Assembly: GCA_030700025.1 (NCBI GenBank)
Contig: JAUYKI010000017.1
Coordinates: forward strand, 2,748-66,747
Reading direction: 5' to 3'
Source: a bacterium
Lineage (GTDB): Bacteria; Patescibacteriota; Minisyncoccia; UBA6257; 02-FULL-45-10c
DNA length: 64,000 nucleotides
Below are positions 17,631 to 27,073 of this stretch, one piece after another. Position 1 is the stretch's first letter. Every line of letters begins with the position of its first letter. The notes beneath the pieces are model-generated. The model was not told the origin of the DNA and did not search any database. It saw only the letters and a list, made by a program, of their open reading frames with translations. The position numbers and the translations under genes were made by a program.

Positions 17631-18701
17631 TTAGATGCCGAGATAATCCAAGAATTTTCCAAGTTGGGCGTTTTTGGGGCTATGGCTGGTTTTTTCGTTT
17701 GGCGGATTAATAACCATAGATCCGCGAATCAGCTGGGTGTCCAGAAAAGCATCTTTCAGTTTTTTAAAAACTCCGGTTAATTTTTTGGTTTGGGATGTAA
17801 GGAAAAAACTGCTATTAGCAGAACTCCACAAAGCATAAGTATCAAAGCCTAGCGCTTTGGCGGCGGTAAATCCTAGAGGAATTTGATTGCGTTGTTTGAG
17901 CCGTCCGGTTTTTGGATCTTGCGTAGTTTCCACGATGTTTAATAATACTTTTCCCAATTCGGCGCTTTCCGGCTTGGCTCCGCCTTCTGCCATGCGTTTT
18001 TTGGCGGCTTCAATTCCGTTTAAAGATATTTGGACCAATCCTTTATTTTGAAGGCAGATATCCCATAAATTAACCTTTTTACCGCCGGATTCTTTTACCG
18101 TGATTTGTTTGGCCTCTTCTTCGGCAAATGGCTGGCGCGGATCCCGGCCCTCCTGGAAGAATTTGGCAATTAAGCTTAGTGGCAGGGCTTTATAGATTCC
18201 ATAAGGAGTCCGCCACCAGTCATTTTTTAAAAACTCTTCGTCAATCGGATAATCTAAATTATCTATTTGGGTTACAAACTCGGAAAAATTATCCAGCCAC
18301 TTTTCCTTTTTCAGCATTCCGGCTTTAGTCAGGGATTCATAAACAATTGCGGTGGCGGAAGTGGGCTTGCCTTGTTCCGGACCGTGATGGTCAAAGAAAA
18401 TACTGCCGTCTTCTTCCATGGTTAATTCCGGCTTGCCCCCGGTATCAATATGCACCGCGCCGGCCAGGTCTTTTCCTTTTGGCACGAAAGTTACCATTTT
18501 ATAATTAATGCCCGCTAAATCCATTAAAAAGACTCCGCCCATCGCGTCTAAGTCGGGCCGGAGCTTTAATTGGCTTTTTCCGCCTTCGTGGCGGAAATCA
18601 CCGTGGATAACCAGCTGGTCAAAGCCGGCCTTCAGGGTTTCCGCTACCCGTTCTAATGTTTTTTGCTCTGATTTTTCCGGATTGGCTTTAAATTGTTCCA
18701 T
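17631..18701 (-). CDS. DHH-superfamily phosphoesterase-like protein (divergent)
   Basis: Ordered motifs PDLDAMGG, HIDTGG and FFDHHG resemble DHH motifs I-III. No clear DHHA1 GGGH motif. Confidence 0.5.
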   Translation of the reverse strand: MEQFKANPEKSEQKTLERVAETLKAGFDQLVIHGDFRHEGGKSQLKLRPDLDAMGGVFLMDLAGINYKMVTFVPKGKDLAGAVHIDTGGKPELTMEEDGSIFFDHHGPEQGKPTSATAIVYESLTKAGMLKKEKWLDNFSEFVTQIDNLDYPIDEEFLKNDWWRTPYGIYKALPLSLIAKFFQEGRDPRQPFAEEEAKQITVKESGGKKVNLWDICLQNKGLVQISLNGIEAAKKRMAEGGAKPESAELGKVLLNIVETTQDPKTGRLKQRNQIPLGFTAAKALGFDTYALWSSANSSFFLTSQTKKLTGVFKKLKDAFLDTQLIRGSMVINPPNEKTSHSPKNAQLGKFLDYLGI

Positions 18702-18833
18702 CCCTCACCTTTAAAGAACTGCGACGCTATCGCAATTCTTGATTTTAATTAAATGACTTTTTATTGTTGAAAACATAGTTTTGAGTATTAACTTGGCTTC
18801 GGACGCATTATTGGTTCTTTAAGGGTGAGGGAT
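18700..18833. repeat. Inverted-repeat-bounded cassette abutting the start codon of the minus-strand gene
   Basis: ATCCCTCACCTTTAAAGAAC (18700-18719) pairs with GTTCTTTAAGGGTGAGGGAT (18814-18833), 19/20. Read on the minus strand: GTGAGGG-ATG. Confidence 0.7.
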
Positions 18834-18892
18834 TACTTTCTTTACGATAGCTTAAAACGGCTAACTTGGAAATGGGGGAATACATGGGGTAC

Positions 18893-18921
18893 TTGACAAA
18901 ATAAGCCCTATATATTATCAT
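18893..18921 (+). promoter_or_regulatory. Sigma70-like promoter, probably giving a leaderless transcript
   Basis: TTGACA-N17-TATCAT, with ATG 7 nt after the -10 box. Confidence 0.5.
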
Positions 18922-18928
18922 ATAAACT

Positions 18929-19045
18929 ATGGAAATAAATTCCAATCGACAATTTAATATACAAGTTAAACCTCTTGGCACCCACTATGGGATGGTTTCG
19001 GTTTTTAGCCAAGGCGGTTTTTATATTAATTGGAGAATAGAGTAA
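18929..19045 (+). CDS. Small protein (38 aa), hypothetical
   Basis: ATG at the predicted transcription start, with an intrinsic terminator 35 nt after the stop. Sequence MEINSNRQFNIQVKPLGTHYGMVSVFSQGGFYINWRIE. Confidence 0.35.
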   Translation: MEINSNRQFNIQVKPLGTHYGMVSVFSQGGFYINWRIE

Positions 19046-19079
19046 TTTAAACTTCAAAAGATATTGATCTTATTTAAAG

Positions 19080-19112
19080 AACGCCTCGGCTAGATAAACC
19101 GAGGCGTTTTGG
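19080..19112 (+). terminator. Intrinsic terminator
   Basis: AACGCCTCGG/CCGAGGCGTT 10-bp stem followed by TTTT. Confidence 0.65.
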
Positions 19113-19148
19113 TTTATCTAGAAAGCACCTTGAAAAGGAGAAAAGAAA

Positions 19149-19637
19149 ATGGACATCCGGGCAGTGATTCGCGGTGTCGGGCCGGACAAGAAGTTTCTGC
19201 TGGTTAGCTATAATTTGGTTTGGGGATTTAAGAGCGGAATACAGAACGGCGGACGGCTGATTATTTGCGCTGGCGATTCTAGAAGCGCCAGCTTAATGAG
19301 CGGAGAAGATAGGTTTGAAGCAGTAAGGCCCCGTTCCGAGTATGATGAGTTGGGATCTAGATTCGTTACCCCTTCGGGCCAGGAAGTTAGAAAGAGCGAC
19401 CTTGGGTTAGTAGTAGTTTACGCGGGATTCGATTTTAAGCTTGCCATAGATTGGGCAAGAATTTTAAAGAAGAATCGATCGATTATTGTCTGGGTCGTAG
19501 CTTGTGATTGTGACTGGGGAAGAAAGAAGAGGATGATAGAAGGAACCGATATTGAGTTAATAGAGGCACGGTGTGGCGGAGACTTTGAGATGGGAAATAT
19601 CGCGCGGGAGATATTGACTGCCACTAATCCAAATTAA
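19149..19637 (+). CDS. Hypothetical protein
   Basis: 162-aa ORF with AAGGAG upstream. No family recognised. Confidence 0.6.
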   Translation: MDIRAVIRGVGPDKKFLLVSYNLVWGFKSGIQNGGRLIICAGDSRSASLMSGEDRFEAVRPRSEYDELGSRFVTPSGQEVRKSDLGLVVVYAGFDFKLAIDWARILKKNRSIIVWVVACDCDWGRKKRMIEGTDIELIEARCGGDFEMGNIAREILTATNPN

Positions 19638-19643
19638 GTTTGA

Positions 19644-19669
19644 AGCCGGGCATAATACCCGGCTTTTTT
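19644..19669 (+). terminator. Intrinsic terminator
   Basis: AGCCGGG-cataata-CCCGGCT followed by TTTTTT. Confidence 0.65.
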
Positions 19670-19734
19670 ATTGACAGATTGATCGGGCCCATATATATTA
19701 ATTTGGCTACAAGAGCTTTGCGGGAGGTGGCGCA

Positions 19735-19974
19735 ATGGCAGTGGTTCACAAGAGAAATAAAGTTGCGGAAGCTCAGGAATTTTTGAATAGCGACGTTGCG
19801 AAGAGCCATGGACTTCGAATTATGAAATGGGATGGCAAAAAAGTTCTGGCATGGGATAGCCGAAGGCAAAAATGGACCATTGACGATTGCTTTCGGGGCG
19901 GACCACTATGGGAGGGCTTTGTACGGCTGGCATTCTATTTTCAACGAAAGAAGCCGTTTCAAGTTTCCATTTAA
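19735..19974 (+). CDS. Hypothetical small protein (79 aa)
   Basis: Strong GGGAGGTG Shine-Dalgarno 5 nt before ATG, a TTGACA-N17-TATATT promoter at 19672-19700 and a terminator at 19986-20011. Confidence 0.6.
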   Translation: MAVVHKRNKVAEAQEFLNSDVAKSHGLRIMKWDGKKVLAWDSRRQKWTIDDCFRGGPLWEGFVRLAFYFQRKKPFQVSI

Positions 19975-19985
19975 GATGGTATATC

Positions 19986-20011
19986 GCCCGCGGAATTCCG
20001 CGGGCATTTTT
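19986..20011 (+). terminator. Intrinsic terminator
   Basis: GCCCGCGG-aatt-CCGCGGGC followed by ATTTTT. Confidence 0.6.
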
Positions 20012-20017
20012 ATTTTT

Positions 20018-20062
20018 AATTGGCTTGTATCGCGTTATGGGATTACTATTAGAATAGGTTCT
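20018..20062 (+). repeat. Solo 3' end of the ~280-nt element family
   Basis: 40 of 45 nt identical to 44787-44831 (AATTGGCT..TATCGCGTTATGGGATTA.TATT.G.ATAGGTTCT). Confidence 0.65.
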
Positions 20063-20065
20063 ATT

Positions 20066-20905
20066 ATGGAAAAGTTTATCGGATTAATTTTATTGGCTTT
20101 TGCCGTTGCCGCGGGAATCTTTATATTTTCCCGCGAGGGCGGTTTGTCCAAGTTGGCGGCTCCTTACACTGTTAAGTTGGAGCCGTATTCTTACCGGCAA
20201 AGATATTCGGATGCCGGAGCGGATCAGCCCTCTGGATCGGACTATAGCTCTTACGGCCAATCGGAAATTGAAAACAGAAAGTTGTTAACCATTTCTTCGT
20301 TCCGGCCAGCCAATAGTTATGTTTCTTATTCGGAGATAGTTTTAGATTCCAATTTGAACAGCGGCGAGACCGCGGACATTACCGGCTGGATCATTAAGGG
20401 TGAACACGGATCATTCACTATTCCGCGGGCGCAGGAAGTTTTTTCTTCCGGCGGAGTTGAGGGCAATATCGTGGCGCGTTCCCGGGACGCGATTTATCTT
20501 TATTCCGGCTTTGGACCGAAGGGCAATTTCCGTTTGAATAAATGCCTTGGTTACATAGAAGACGTTGCTCCGTTTACGCCGCCTCTGCCTAAAGATTGCC
20601 CGCAAATTTCCTGGTCGGAGATGCAGAGGTTCGGGGGTTATTGCCGGGATTATATTTCTTCGCTGGATACTTGCCAGACACCGAATGCTAATCCGCCGGT
20701 GCCCTTGGAAGATACGGCTTGCCACGCTTTTTTGCGGGATTTGAACTATGTCGGCTGTGTTGCGAATCATCGGAACGATCAGGATTTTCGTTCCAACGAA
20801 TGGAGGGTTTGGATGGGGGATCAGATGAATATCTTTGACCCAATTCACGATCGAATCCAGCTTTGGGATAAAAGCGGAAAATTGGTAGACGAATACATTT
20901 ATTAG
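20066..20905 (+). CDS. Membrane-anchored lamin-tail-domain-like protein
   Basis: Start moved to MEKFIGLILLAFAVAAGIFIF (TM helix). The upstream part of the ORF crosses a terminator. ...ADITGWIIKGEHGSFTIP... resembles the LTD signature. Confidence 0.6.
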   Translation: MEKFIGLILLAFAVAAGIFIFSREGGLSKLAAPYTVKLEPYSYRQRYSDAGADQPSGSDYSSYGQSEIENRKLLTISSFRPANSYVSYSEIVLDSNLNSGETADITGWIIKGEHGSFTIPRAQEVFSSGGVEGNIVARSRDAIYLYSGFGPKGNFRLNKCLGYIEDVAPFTPPLPKDCPQISWSEMQRFGGYCRDYISSLDTCQTPNANPPVPLEDTACHAFLRDLNYVGCVANHRNDQDFRSNEWRVWMGDQMNIFDPIHDRIQLWDKSGKLVDEYIY

Positions 20906-20947
20906 GCTACGAAATACGAAACAATACGAAATTACGAAAAAGAGGGA

Positions 20948-21985
20948 TTATTTTCTTTCCGCTAGGATAATCTTAAGCTCTAATTCTTTATTGCCGCGCA
21001 GAACCTTCATTTTTAAAATATCTCCGGCCCCAAGCTCTTCCAGGAAATCCTGAATGGTTTTTTGCATAGTAATTTTTTCGCCGTTGCATTCCAAAACAAT
21101 ATCTTTTTCTTGCAGGCCGGCTATTTCCGCCGGAGTGCCGGGCACGATTCCCGCGTGATGCGGGCCCTTACCAATAACTAAAGCGCCGTAATTTATCGGC
21201 AATTTCATTTTTTCTTGAAGAGTTTCGTCAATGGTGATGTAGCGGACTCCTAGAAGCGGACGGCGGACGTGGCCGAACTTAGCCACATCTTCCAAATCCC
21301 GCCTGGCATAATTGATTGGTATGGCAAAGCCGATATTCTGGGCGCCGAAGACAATGGCGGCATTAATGCCAATGGCCTCTCCGTTTATATTTACCAATGG
21401 GCCCCCGGAGTTGCCCGGATTGATAGCGGCGTCGGTTTGAATGAGCCCGCGCATTTCTTGAATTGGCGATTCTTGATCCGCCTTGGCGGCTATGGATCGG
21501 GATAATCCGGAGATGATTCCCGAAGAAACCGTATTTTGGAAGATTCCCAAGGCATTGCCAATTGCCAGAACAGTTTGTCCCAATTCCACCGTGGCGGATT
21601 CGCCCAGCGGAATAGTCGGCAAGTTTTTTGCGTCAATTTTGAGAATGGCTACGTCGTCTACCGGATCGCGCCCTAGAATAACCGCGGGGTATTTTTTATT
21701 ATCAAATGTAACAATGGTATATTCGGCGTTCGGGTCGGCGATTACGTGCTTGTTAGTTAAAATTATTCCATTTGGATCAACGATAAACCCCGATCCGCCG
21801 CCAATTTGCACCCGTCCATGGGCGTCAATTTTTTCTTCGGGGATTCTCATTTCCGGAACGCCGAACGGAAAAAAAGGAAACATTTCCAAGGGCAGTTCTT
21901 TTTCCAGCTCTTCCAGGCTTTTGGAAATAATAACAGAGACTACAGCCGGCATTGTTTTCTTAATTATTTTAGGAAATTCTTCCAT
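20948..21985 (-). CDS. htrA: HtrA/DegP family serine protease with PDZ domain
   Basis: GNSGGPLVN catalytic motif, trypsin-like core and a C-terminal PDZ domain. Confidence 0.9.
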   Translation of the reverse strand: MEEFPKIIKKTMPAVVSVIISKSLEELEKELPLEMFPFFPFGVPEMRIPEEKIDAHGRVQIGGGSGFIVDPNGIILTNKHVIADPNAEYTIVTFDNKKYPAVILGRDPVDDVAILKIDAKNLPTIPLGESATVELGQTVLAIGNALGIFQNTVSSGIISGLSRSIAAKADQESPIQEMRGLIQTDAAINPGNSGGPLVNINGEAIGINAAIVFGAQNIGFAIPINYARRDLEDVAKFGHVRRPLLGVRYITIDETLQEKMKLPINYGALVIGKGPHHAGIVPGTPAEIAGLQEKDIVLECNGEKITMQKTIQDFLEELGAGDILKMKVLRGNKELELKIILAERK

Positions 21986-22088
21986 AAGAGTATTCGCTAA
22001 TAATGCGAATTACGGCAAATAACACGAATAACAAAATATTTTTTTATCTTATATTCGCATTATTTAATGCTATTCGCGATTACTCATA

Positions 22089-24686
22089 TTATAGCTTTTT
22101 AATTACCAACTTACCAACTTCAATTGCTAGAATGTTTACAAAACCGACTGCGAATACTCCCCAAAGCCAAACTGGCGGCAGGGCGATGGTATTTAAGATA
22201 TTTTGAAGCGGCAGCCAATAGATGGAGAAGGCCATCAACGTCAGTCCGAGAACTACGCCAGCTACCACATAGAGGTTAGAGAATGGATTAAAGGTGAAAA
22301 TACTTCTTTGAAGATTGCGGATGGCAAATATCAGGAATAGCGAATAAGTTCCGAATGACGCGAAAATAAAAGTCCTGACCAATAGCGGATCAAATCCCGC
22401 TTTAAGCAATCCGTAATAAAGTCCGAAAAGTAAAAAGCTGGTTGGAAGGCTGATGGCAAAGATTAAGAACTTCATTTCTCTGTCTAGCAGGCCCTTGGTT
22501 AGTTTTCGCGGCTGGGTAAACAGATATTCAAAGCGATCTTCAAAGGCCAGGGTAATAGCCGGCAAGCTATCGGTGATTAAATTAACCCATAAAATTTGAA
22601 CGGCGCTTAGGGGCAGGGTTAGGCCAAACAGCAATGACCCGCCGATTAGAATCAATTCATCTCCTACGGAAGAGAAGAAATAGACAATGACTTTGCGGAT
22701 GTTTTCCATAATACGGCGGCCCTCGGCAATGGCGGTTACGATAGTTTCGTAGTTGTCATTTAAGAGCACCAGCTCGGAAACATCTTTAGCGACATCAGCG
22801 CCGGATCCCATGGCGATGCCAATGTCCGCTTGTTTTAAGCTGGGCGCGTCATTAACTCCGTCGCCGGTCATAGCGACAATCGCGCCCATTTCCTGGTATC
22901 CTTTAACAATTTTTACTTTTCCTTCCGGGCTGACGCGGGAAACAAAACTTAAATTCGGCAGGCGGAGCTTCAATTCTTCCATGGAAAGATTTTCTAATTC
23001 GGCGCCATCCAAGCCATTTTCCTTTTTAATTGGAAAACCCAGTTCTTTGGCAATAGTTTCGGCGGTGCCTCGATGATCGCCGGTGACAATAACGGTTTTA
23101 ATTCCGACTTGCTGGGTGCGGTGAATGGCGTCGTGAACGCCCGGCCGCAAGGGATCGCGAAACGAAATAGTGCCGAGAAATTTCAGATTTTCTATTTTCG
23201 CATTGGCGGTTAAGGAAAAATTTTTGCCGGTTACATCTTTAGTGGCCACGCCCAGCACCCTTTCACCGCTGTGCGCCATATGGTTGATATTTTGCGTTAT
23301 TTTTTTGCCTTCTTCTTCGGAAGTCTGGCCGGACAATTTTAATAATATTTCCGGCGCGCCAAAAACCGTTAGCCATTCTTTTCCCTCGGATTCAATTATG
23401 GCCGCGGAATATTTATTTAAAGAGTTAAACGGCAGATAGCCGAGAGTTTTTACCTCTTTTTTTATTTTATGCGCTAAAACTCCGAATGCCGCGCCAGCCC
23501 GCACGACCGCGGTTTCCAGCGGACGCCCGACAATCCGCCACTTTTCGTAAGGATCCTTGGGATTCTCAATTACCACATCCGAATTAATAATGGCAATTTG
23601 AAGCAAGAACTTTTGAGTAGATTCTGAATTGTCCATTGTGGTGATATTGGCTAGCGACATCTTAGCTTCGGTCAGAGTTCCGGTTTTGTCGGTCAAGATT
23701 ATCGAAGTGCTGCCTAAGGTTTCCGCCGCGAGCAATTTTTTTACCACGGCTTTTTTTCGCGCTAATCTTTGGACGCCGACAGCTAGAATAACCGTTAAAG
23801 CCACAGGCAATCCTTCGGGAACGGCTGAAACCGCGATGGCGACGGAAGTCAGGAACATTTCAAATGGCGAGCGTCCGCTAAAAAGTCCTATGGCAAAAAC
23901 AACGGCAGTAAGGCTGATTAAAATAATGGATGCCTTGACGCTGAAGCGATTGATGGCAGTTTGAAGCGGAGTGTCTTCTTGCCGGTGATGATTCCGGACC
24001 AAAGAGGCGATTCTTCCTAGTTCGGAATTAAGCCCGGTATTACAGACTACGGCATTAGCAAATCCCTGGACAATCAATGTTCCGCTGAAAACCATATTTT
24101 TTTGGTCGCCGATAACCGCCTGGAAATTAACCGGCTGGATTGATTTTCGGACCGGCAGAGATTCGCCGGTAAGAATTGACTCGTCCACCGTTAAATCATT
24201 GATGTAAAGCAATCGGCCGTCGGCCGGAATCCGGTCGCCTTGCGTAAGATGGATGATATCCCCGGGAACTAATTCCGTGGAGTCAATTTCATATTCGCGG
24301 TTTTCCCGGATGGTCCTCACCCTTTCTTCAATATAGCTTTTCAAGTGGGCAAGCGCGTTGCCGGCTTTATTTTCCTGATAGAACCCCAAAAAAGTATTAA
24401 AAAAAGCCGCCGCTAAAATAATTAGGGCGTCATTATAATCTTTTACTAAAACGCTAACCAAGCCGGCAATGACCAGCAGAAAAATCAGCGGGCTTTGGAG
24501 CTGTTCCAAAAAAATTTTGAATTTTGTGGCGCGGCTTTTTTCCGGGATGGCATTGGCGCCAAATATATTGAGCCGTTCCTTGGCTTCGTTTTCGGTTAAC
24601 CCTTCCTGGTTAGTTTCCAGGCAGTCCAGAACCTCCGGAATGGGCAGGGCCCAAAAAGATTTTTTTATAATATTTTCAGATATCAC
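22089..24686 (-). CDS. P-type cation-transporting ATPase (P2/Ca2+-Mg2+ type)
   Basis: Motifs DKTGTLT, TGES and TGDGVNDAPSLKQADIGIAMG, with about 10 TM segments. Confidence 0.92.
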   Translation of the reverse strand: MISENIIKKSFWALPIPEVLDCLETNQEGLTENEAKERLNIFGANAIPEKSRATKFKIFLEQLQSPLIFLLVIAGLVSVLVKDYNDALIILAAAFFNTFLGFYQENKAGNALAHLKSYIEERVRTIRENREYEIDSTELVPGDIIHLTQGDRIPADGRLLYINDLTVDESILTGESLPVRKSIQPVNFQAVIGDQKNMVFSGTLIVQGFANAVVCNTGLNSELGRIASLVRNHHRQEDTPLQTAINRFSVKASIILISLTAVVFAIGLFSGRSPFEMFLTSVAIAVSAVPEGLPVALTVILAVGVQRLARKKAVVKKLLAAETLGSTSIILTDKTGTLTEAKMSLANITTMDNSESTQKFLLQIAIINSDVVIENPKDPYEKWRIVGRPLETAVVRAGAAFGVLAHKIKKEVKTLGYLPFNSLNKYSAAIIESEGKEWLTVFGAPEILLKLSGQTSEEEGKKITQNINHMAHSGERVLGVATKDVTGKNFSLTANAKIENLKFLGTISFRDPLRPGVHDAIHRTQQVGIKTVIVTGDHRGTAETIAKELGFPIKKENGLDGAELENLSMEELKLRLPNLSFVSRVSPEGKVKIVKGYQEMGAIVAMTGDGVNDAPSLKQADIGIAMGSGADVAKDVSELVLLNDNYETIVTAIAEGRRIMENIRKVIVYFFSSVGDELILIGGSLLFGLTLPLSAVQILWVNLITDSLPAITLAFEDRFEYLFTQPRKLTKGLLDREMKFLIFAISLPTSFLLFGLYYGLLKAGFDPLLVRTFIFASFGTYSLFLIFAIRNLQRSIFTFNPFSNLYVVAGVVLGLTLMAFSIYWLPLQNILNTIALPPVWLWGVFAVGFVNILAIEVGKLVIKKL

Positions 24687-24822
24687 TTCCTCTAATTATA
24701 ACAGATGGGGCGGGGATTGCGTTTTAAAACCCCCGCGTTTGCGGGGGTTAAATCGTAGCTCCGATGCTTCGATCGGGGCATAAGAAAATTTAAAGCTCAT
24801 TTTTCGCTAAGATTTTCTAATG

Positions 24823-24909
24823 CGGAAGCGGAAGGATTCGAACCTTCGAAGCCATTTCTGGCTTACCGCATTTCAAGTGCGGCCCATTCAACCGCTCTGG
24901 CACGCTTCC
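24823..24909 (-). tRNA. tRNA-Ser (anticodon UGA)
   Basis: Manual cloverleaf: GGAAGCG acceptor stem, anticodon loop CTTGAAA, long variable arm and GGTTCGAATCC T-arm. Confidence 0.9.
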
Positions 24910-24925
24910 ATCGAGGGTAACTAAT

Positions 24926-25282
24926 TTATAATAACCATAAAAGGAAACTAGCGACACTAATCGGAAAAATAATCAGCTGGATAGTTTTAACCTTTTCCAT
25001 ATCCAGGTTCATTCCTATCCGGTTGAAGAAATCAGCCACGAAGCTGTCCAGCGCCGGTTTGGGGGGATTCATTTTTTCCCGCAATTGATTTTGAATGATA
25101 GTCACTGCGCAACGCGGCCAGGTTATGGCTTGAGTTATTGAAACAACCAGGAAGAAAGCAATATTAAATACTTTAAGCGCAGGATGCCATAAGGCAATGG
25201 AGTTCGTAACCGGAAGAAAAATAACCCACATTACGATAAGGGCGTGCAGCCAGTACAGGATGGCTTCCAGGAGTACGATCAT
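24926..25282 (-). CDS. Small integral membrane protein
   Basis: 118 aa with 3-4 TM segments. Confidence 0.6.
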   Translation of the reverse strand: MIVLLEAILYWLHALIVMWVIFLPVTNSIALWHPALKVFNIAFFLVVSITQAITWPRCAVTIIQNQLREKMNPPKPALDSFVADFFNRIGMNLDMEKVKTIQLIIFPISVASFLLWLL

Positions 25283-25341
25283 GATTGCGCCTCCTTCTTT
25301 ATATTAGATTTTAAACAGCTATCGAATTTTTATCAGGAAAA

Positions 25342-26547
25342 TTAGATATTGTCCAGCGCTTGGGAGAGGTCGTTGATTAAATCTCGGGGATCTTCCCGGC
25401 CGATTGAGAGTCGCAGGGTAGACTGGGAAATTCCGGCTTTCTTCAGCTCCGCCGGGGTTAATTGTCCGTGAGTGGTAGTGGCCGGATGGATGACCAATGA
25501 CCGGGCCTCGCCAATGTTAGCGGCGTGCCAAAAGAGTTTTAATGATTCCAGGACTTTTCGGGCTTCCCGGATTCCGCCCCTAACTTCAAAAGCCATGAGT
25601 CCTCCAAATCCTTTAGGCATCATTTTTTTATTAAAACGCCGGCGATCGCCGTATTCCGGATAAAGAACCCTTTTAACTTTCCGATGGCGGGAAAGATATT
25701 TAGCCACTAAAGAAGCGTTGCGACAGTGTTCTTTCATTCGGCCGAAAAGCGATTCAATGTGGTAGCACAAAATAGCGGCATTATCCGGAGAAATGCACGG
25801 ACCAGTATCGCGGAACCAGCCGATTCGGATTTCATTAATAAGTTTCTTTCGTCCCAAAATGGCTCCCGCCACCACTTCGCCGTCCCCCATATATTTAGAT
25901 AGCGAATGGATTACAATATCCGCTCCCAGTTTTAGCGGCCGGAGCAGGGCCGGAGTAGAGAGGGTGTTGTCTACCACCAGCGGCAAATTATATTTATGCG
26001 CCAGGTTGGCAAGCATTTTAATATCAAATACGTCTAAGGTGGGATTGGACGGATTTTCTACGTAAAGAAATTTAGTTTTAGGGCCGATGGCTTTAGTCCA
26101 GGATTTTTCTTCCAGCGGTTTTTCCACGAAAGTAGTTTTAATTCCGAGCGCCGGCAGGCGATCACGGAATAAATGAAAAGTTCCGCCGTAGATGCGGTTG
26201 GAAGTTACGATGTGCCCGCCGTTGTTGGCGAGATGAAGGGCGATTAATTGGATTGCGGACATTCCGGAAGAAGTGGCTAATCCGGCCTCGGCATTTTCTA
26301 AAGATGCCAGCCGTTTTTCTAATTTATCAACTGTGGGATTATTGACGCGGGTATAAATAAATCCTTCTTCTTCGCCGGCAAATAATCGTTTAGCACGTTC
26401 AAAGGAACCCAGCGAAAATCCGATAACCCGGTGCAGGCCGGGACGCATTTCCGAATCGGTCAGCGATCCGCCCCCGTGGATTTCCAAGGTATTGGGATGC
26501 AGGGGCATTATTCTTTCCGGTTTGTTTGCTTTGGATTTTTTTGCCAT
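25342..26547 (-). CDS. metY: O-acetylhomoserine/O-acetylserine sulfhydrylase (Cys/Met PLP family)
   Basis: SLSKYMGD PLP-lysine region and family-typical length (401 aa). Confidence 0.85.
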   Translation of the reverse strand: MAKKSKANKPERIMPLHPNTLEIHGGGSLTDSEMRPGLHRVIGFSLGSFERAKRLFAGEEEGFIYTRVNNPTVDKLEKRLASLENAEAGLATSSGMSAIQLIALHLANNGGHIVTSNRIYGGTFHLFRDRLPALGIKTTFVEKPLEEKSWTKAIGPKTKFLYVENPSNPTLDVFDIKMLANLAHKYNLPLVVDNTLSTPALLRPLKLGADIVIHSLSKYMGDGEVVAGAILGRKKLINEIRIGWFRDTGPCISPDNAAILCYHIESLFGRMKEHCRNASLVAKYLSRHRKVKRVLYPEYGDRRRFNKKMMPKGFGGLMAFEVRGGIREARKVLESLKLFWHAANIGEARSLVIHPATTTHGQLTPAELKKAGISQSTLRLSIGREDPRDLINDLSQALDNI

Positions 26548-26656
26548 TTGTGGAAATTATAACATTATTTACTGGACTCTCACAAAGGCGCAATGTTGTA
26601 ATTTATTTAGAAAAATGTTACTATTTTGCTAGTTTATTGAAACCTCGGAGGGGAAC

Positions 26657-27073
26657 ATGAAGGAAGAAAATGACCTTTCCTACCTTCAGGCAGTAAAGGA
26701 AGACCTTAGCGATATTCCGATTATGGACTTCGGCAATCTGGCGCTTAGCGATGATTTAAAGATTAATACCCGGCAGACGATTTATACGGTTCGTTTTCTG
26801 GGCCCGCCTTCTCAAAAGAAACGCCTGGCCGGCATTCAAAGCACCGGCAAGCATCTTTTTGACGGTCGAGTTACATTGATTGGTTCGGAAGTAAAATCTT
26901 CTCCCGGCGGCGCGCTGACGGTTTTGGAAGGGGGATTGATGGTTGGATTTTCGGCTGTGTTCTTTGATATCGTTGAAGAAAGATTGTTGAAATTGCCGGT
27001 TACTCAGGAAGTTTGGCTGAACGGAAAAAGAATTTTGCCGGATTTCTCCAGAGTTCCCGCAAGGGAAAAATAA
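26657..27073 (+). CDS. Hypothetical protein
   Basis: 138-aa ORF with GGAGGGG upstream. Confidence 0.55.
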   Translation: MKEENDLSYLQAVKEDLSDIPIMDFGNLALSDDLKINTRQTIYTVRFLGPPSQKKRLAGIQSTGKHLFDGRVTLIGSEVKSSPGGALTVLEGGLMVGFSAVFFDIVEERLLKLPVTQEVWLNGKRILPDFSRVPAREK

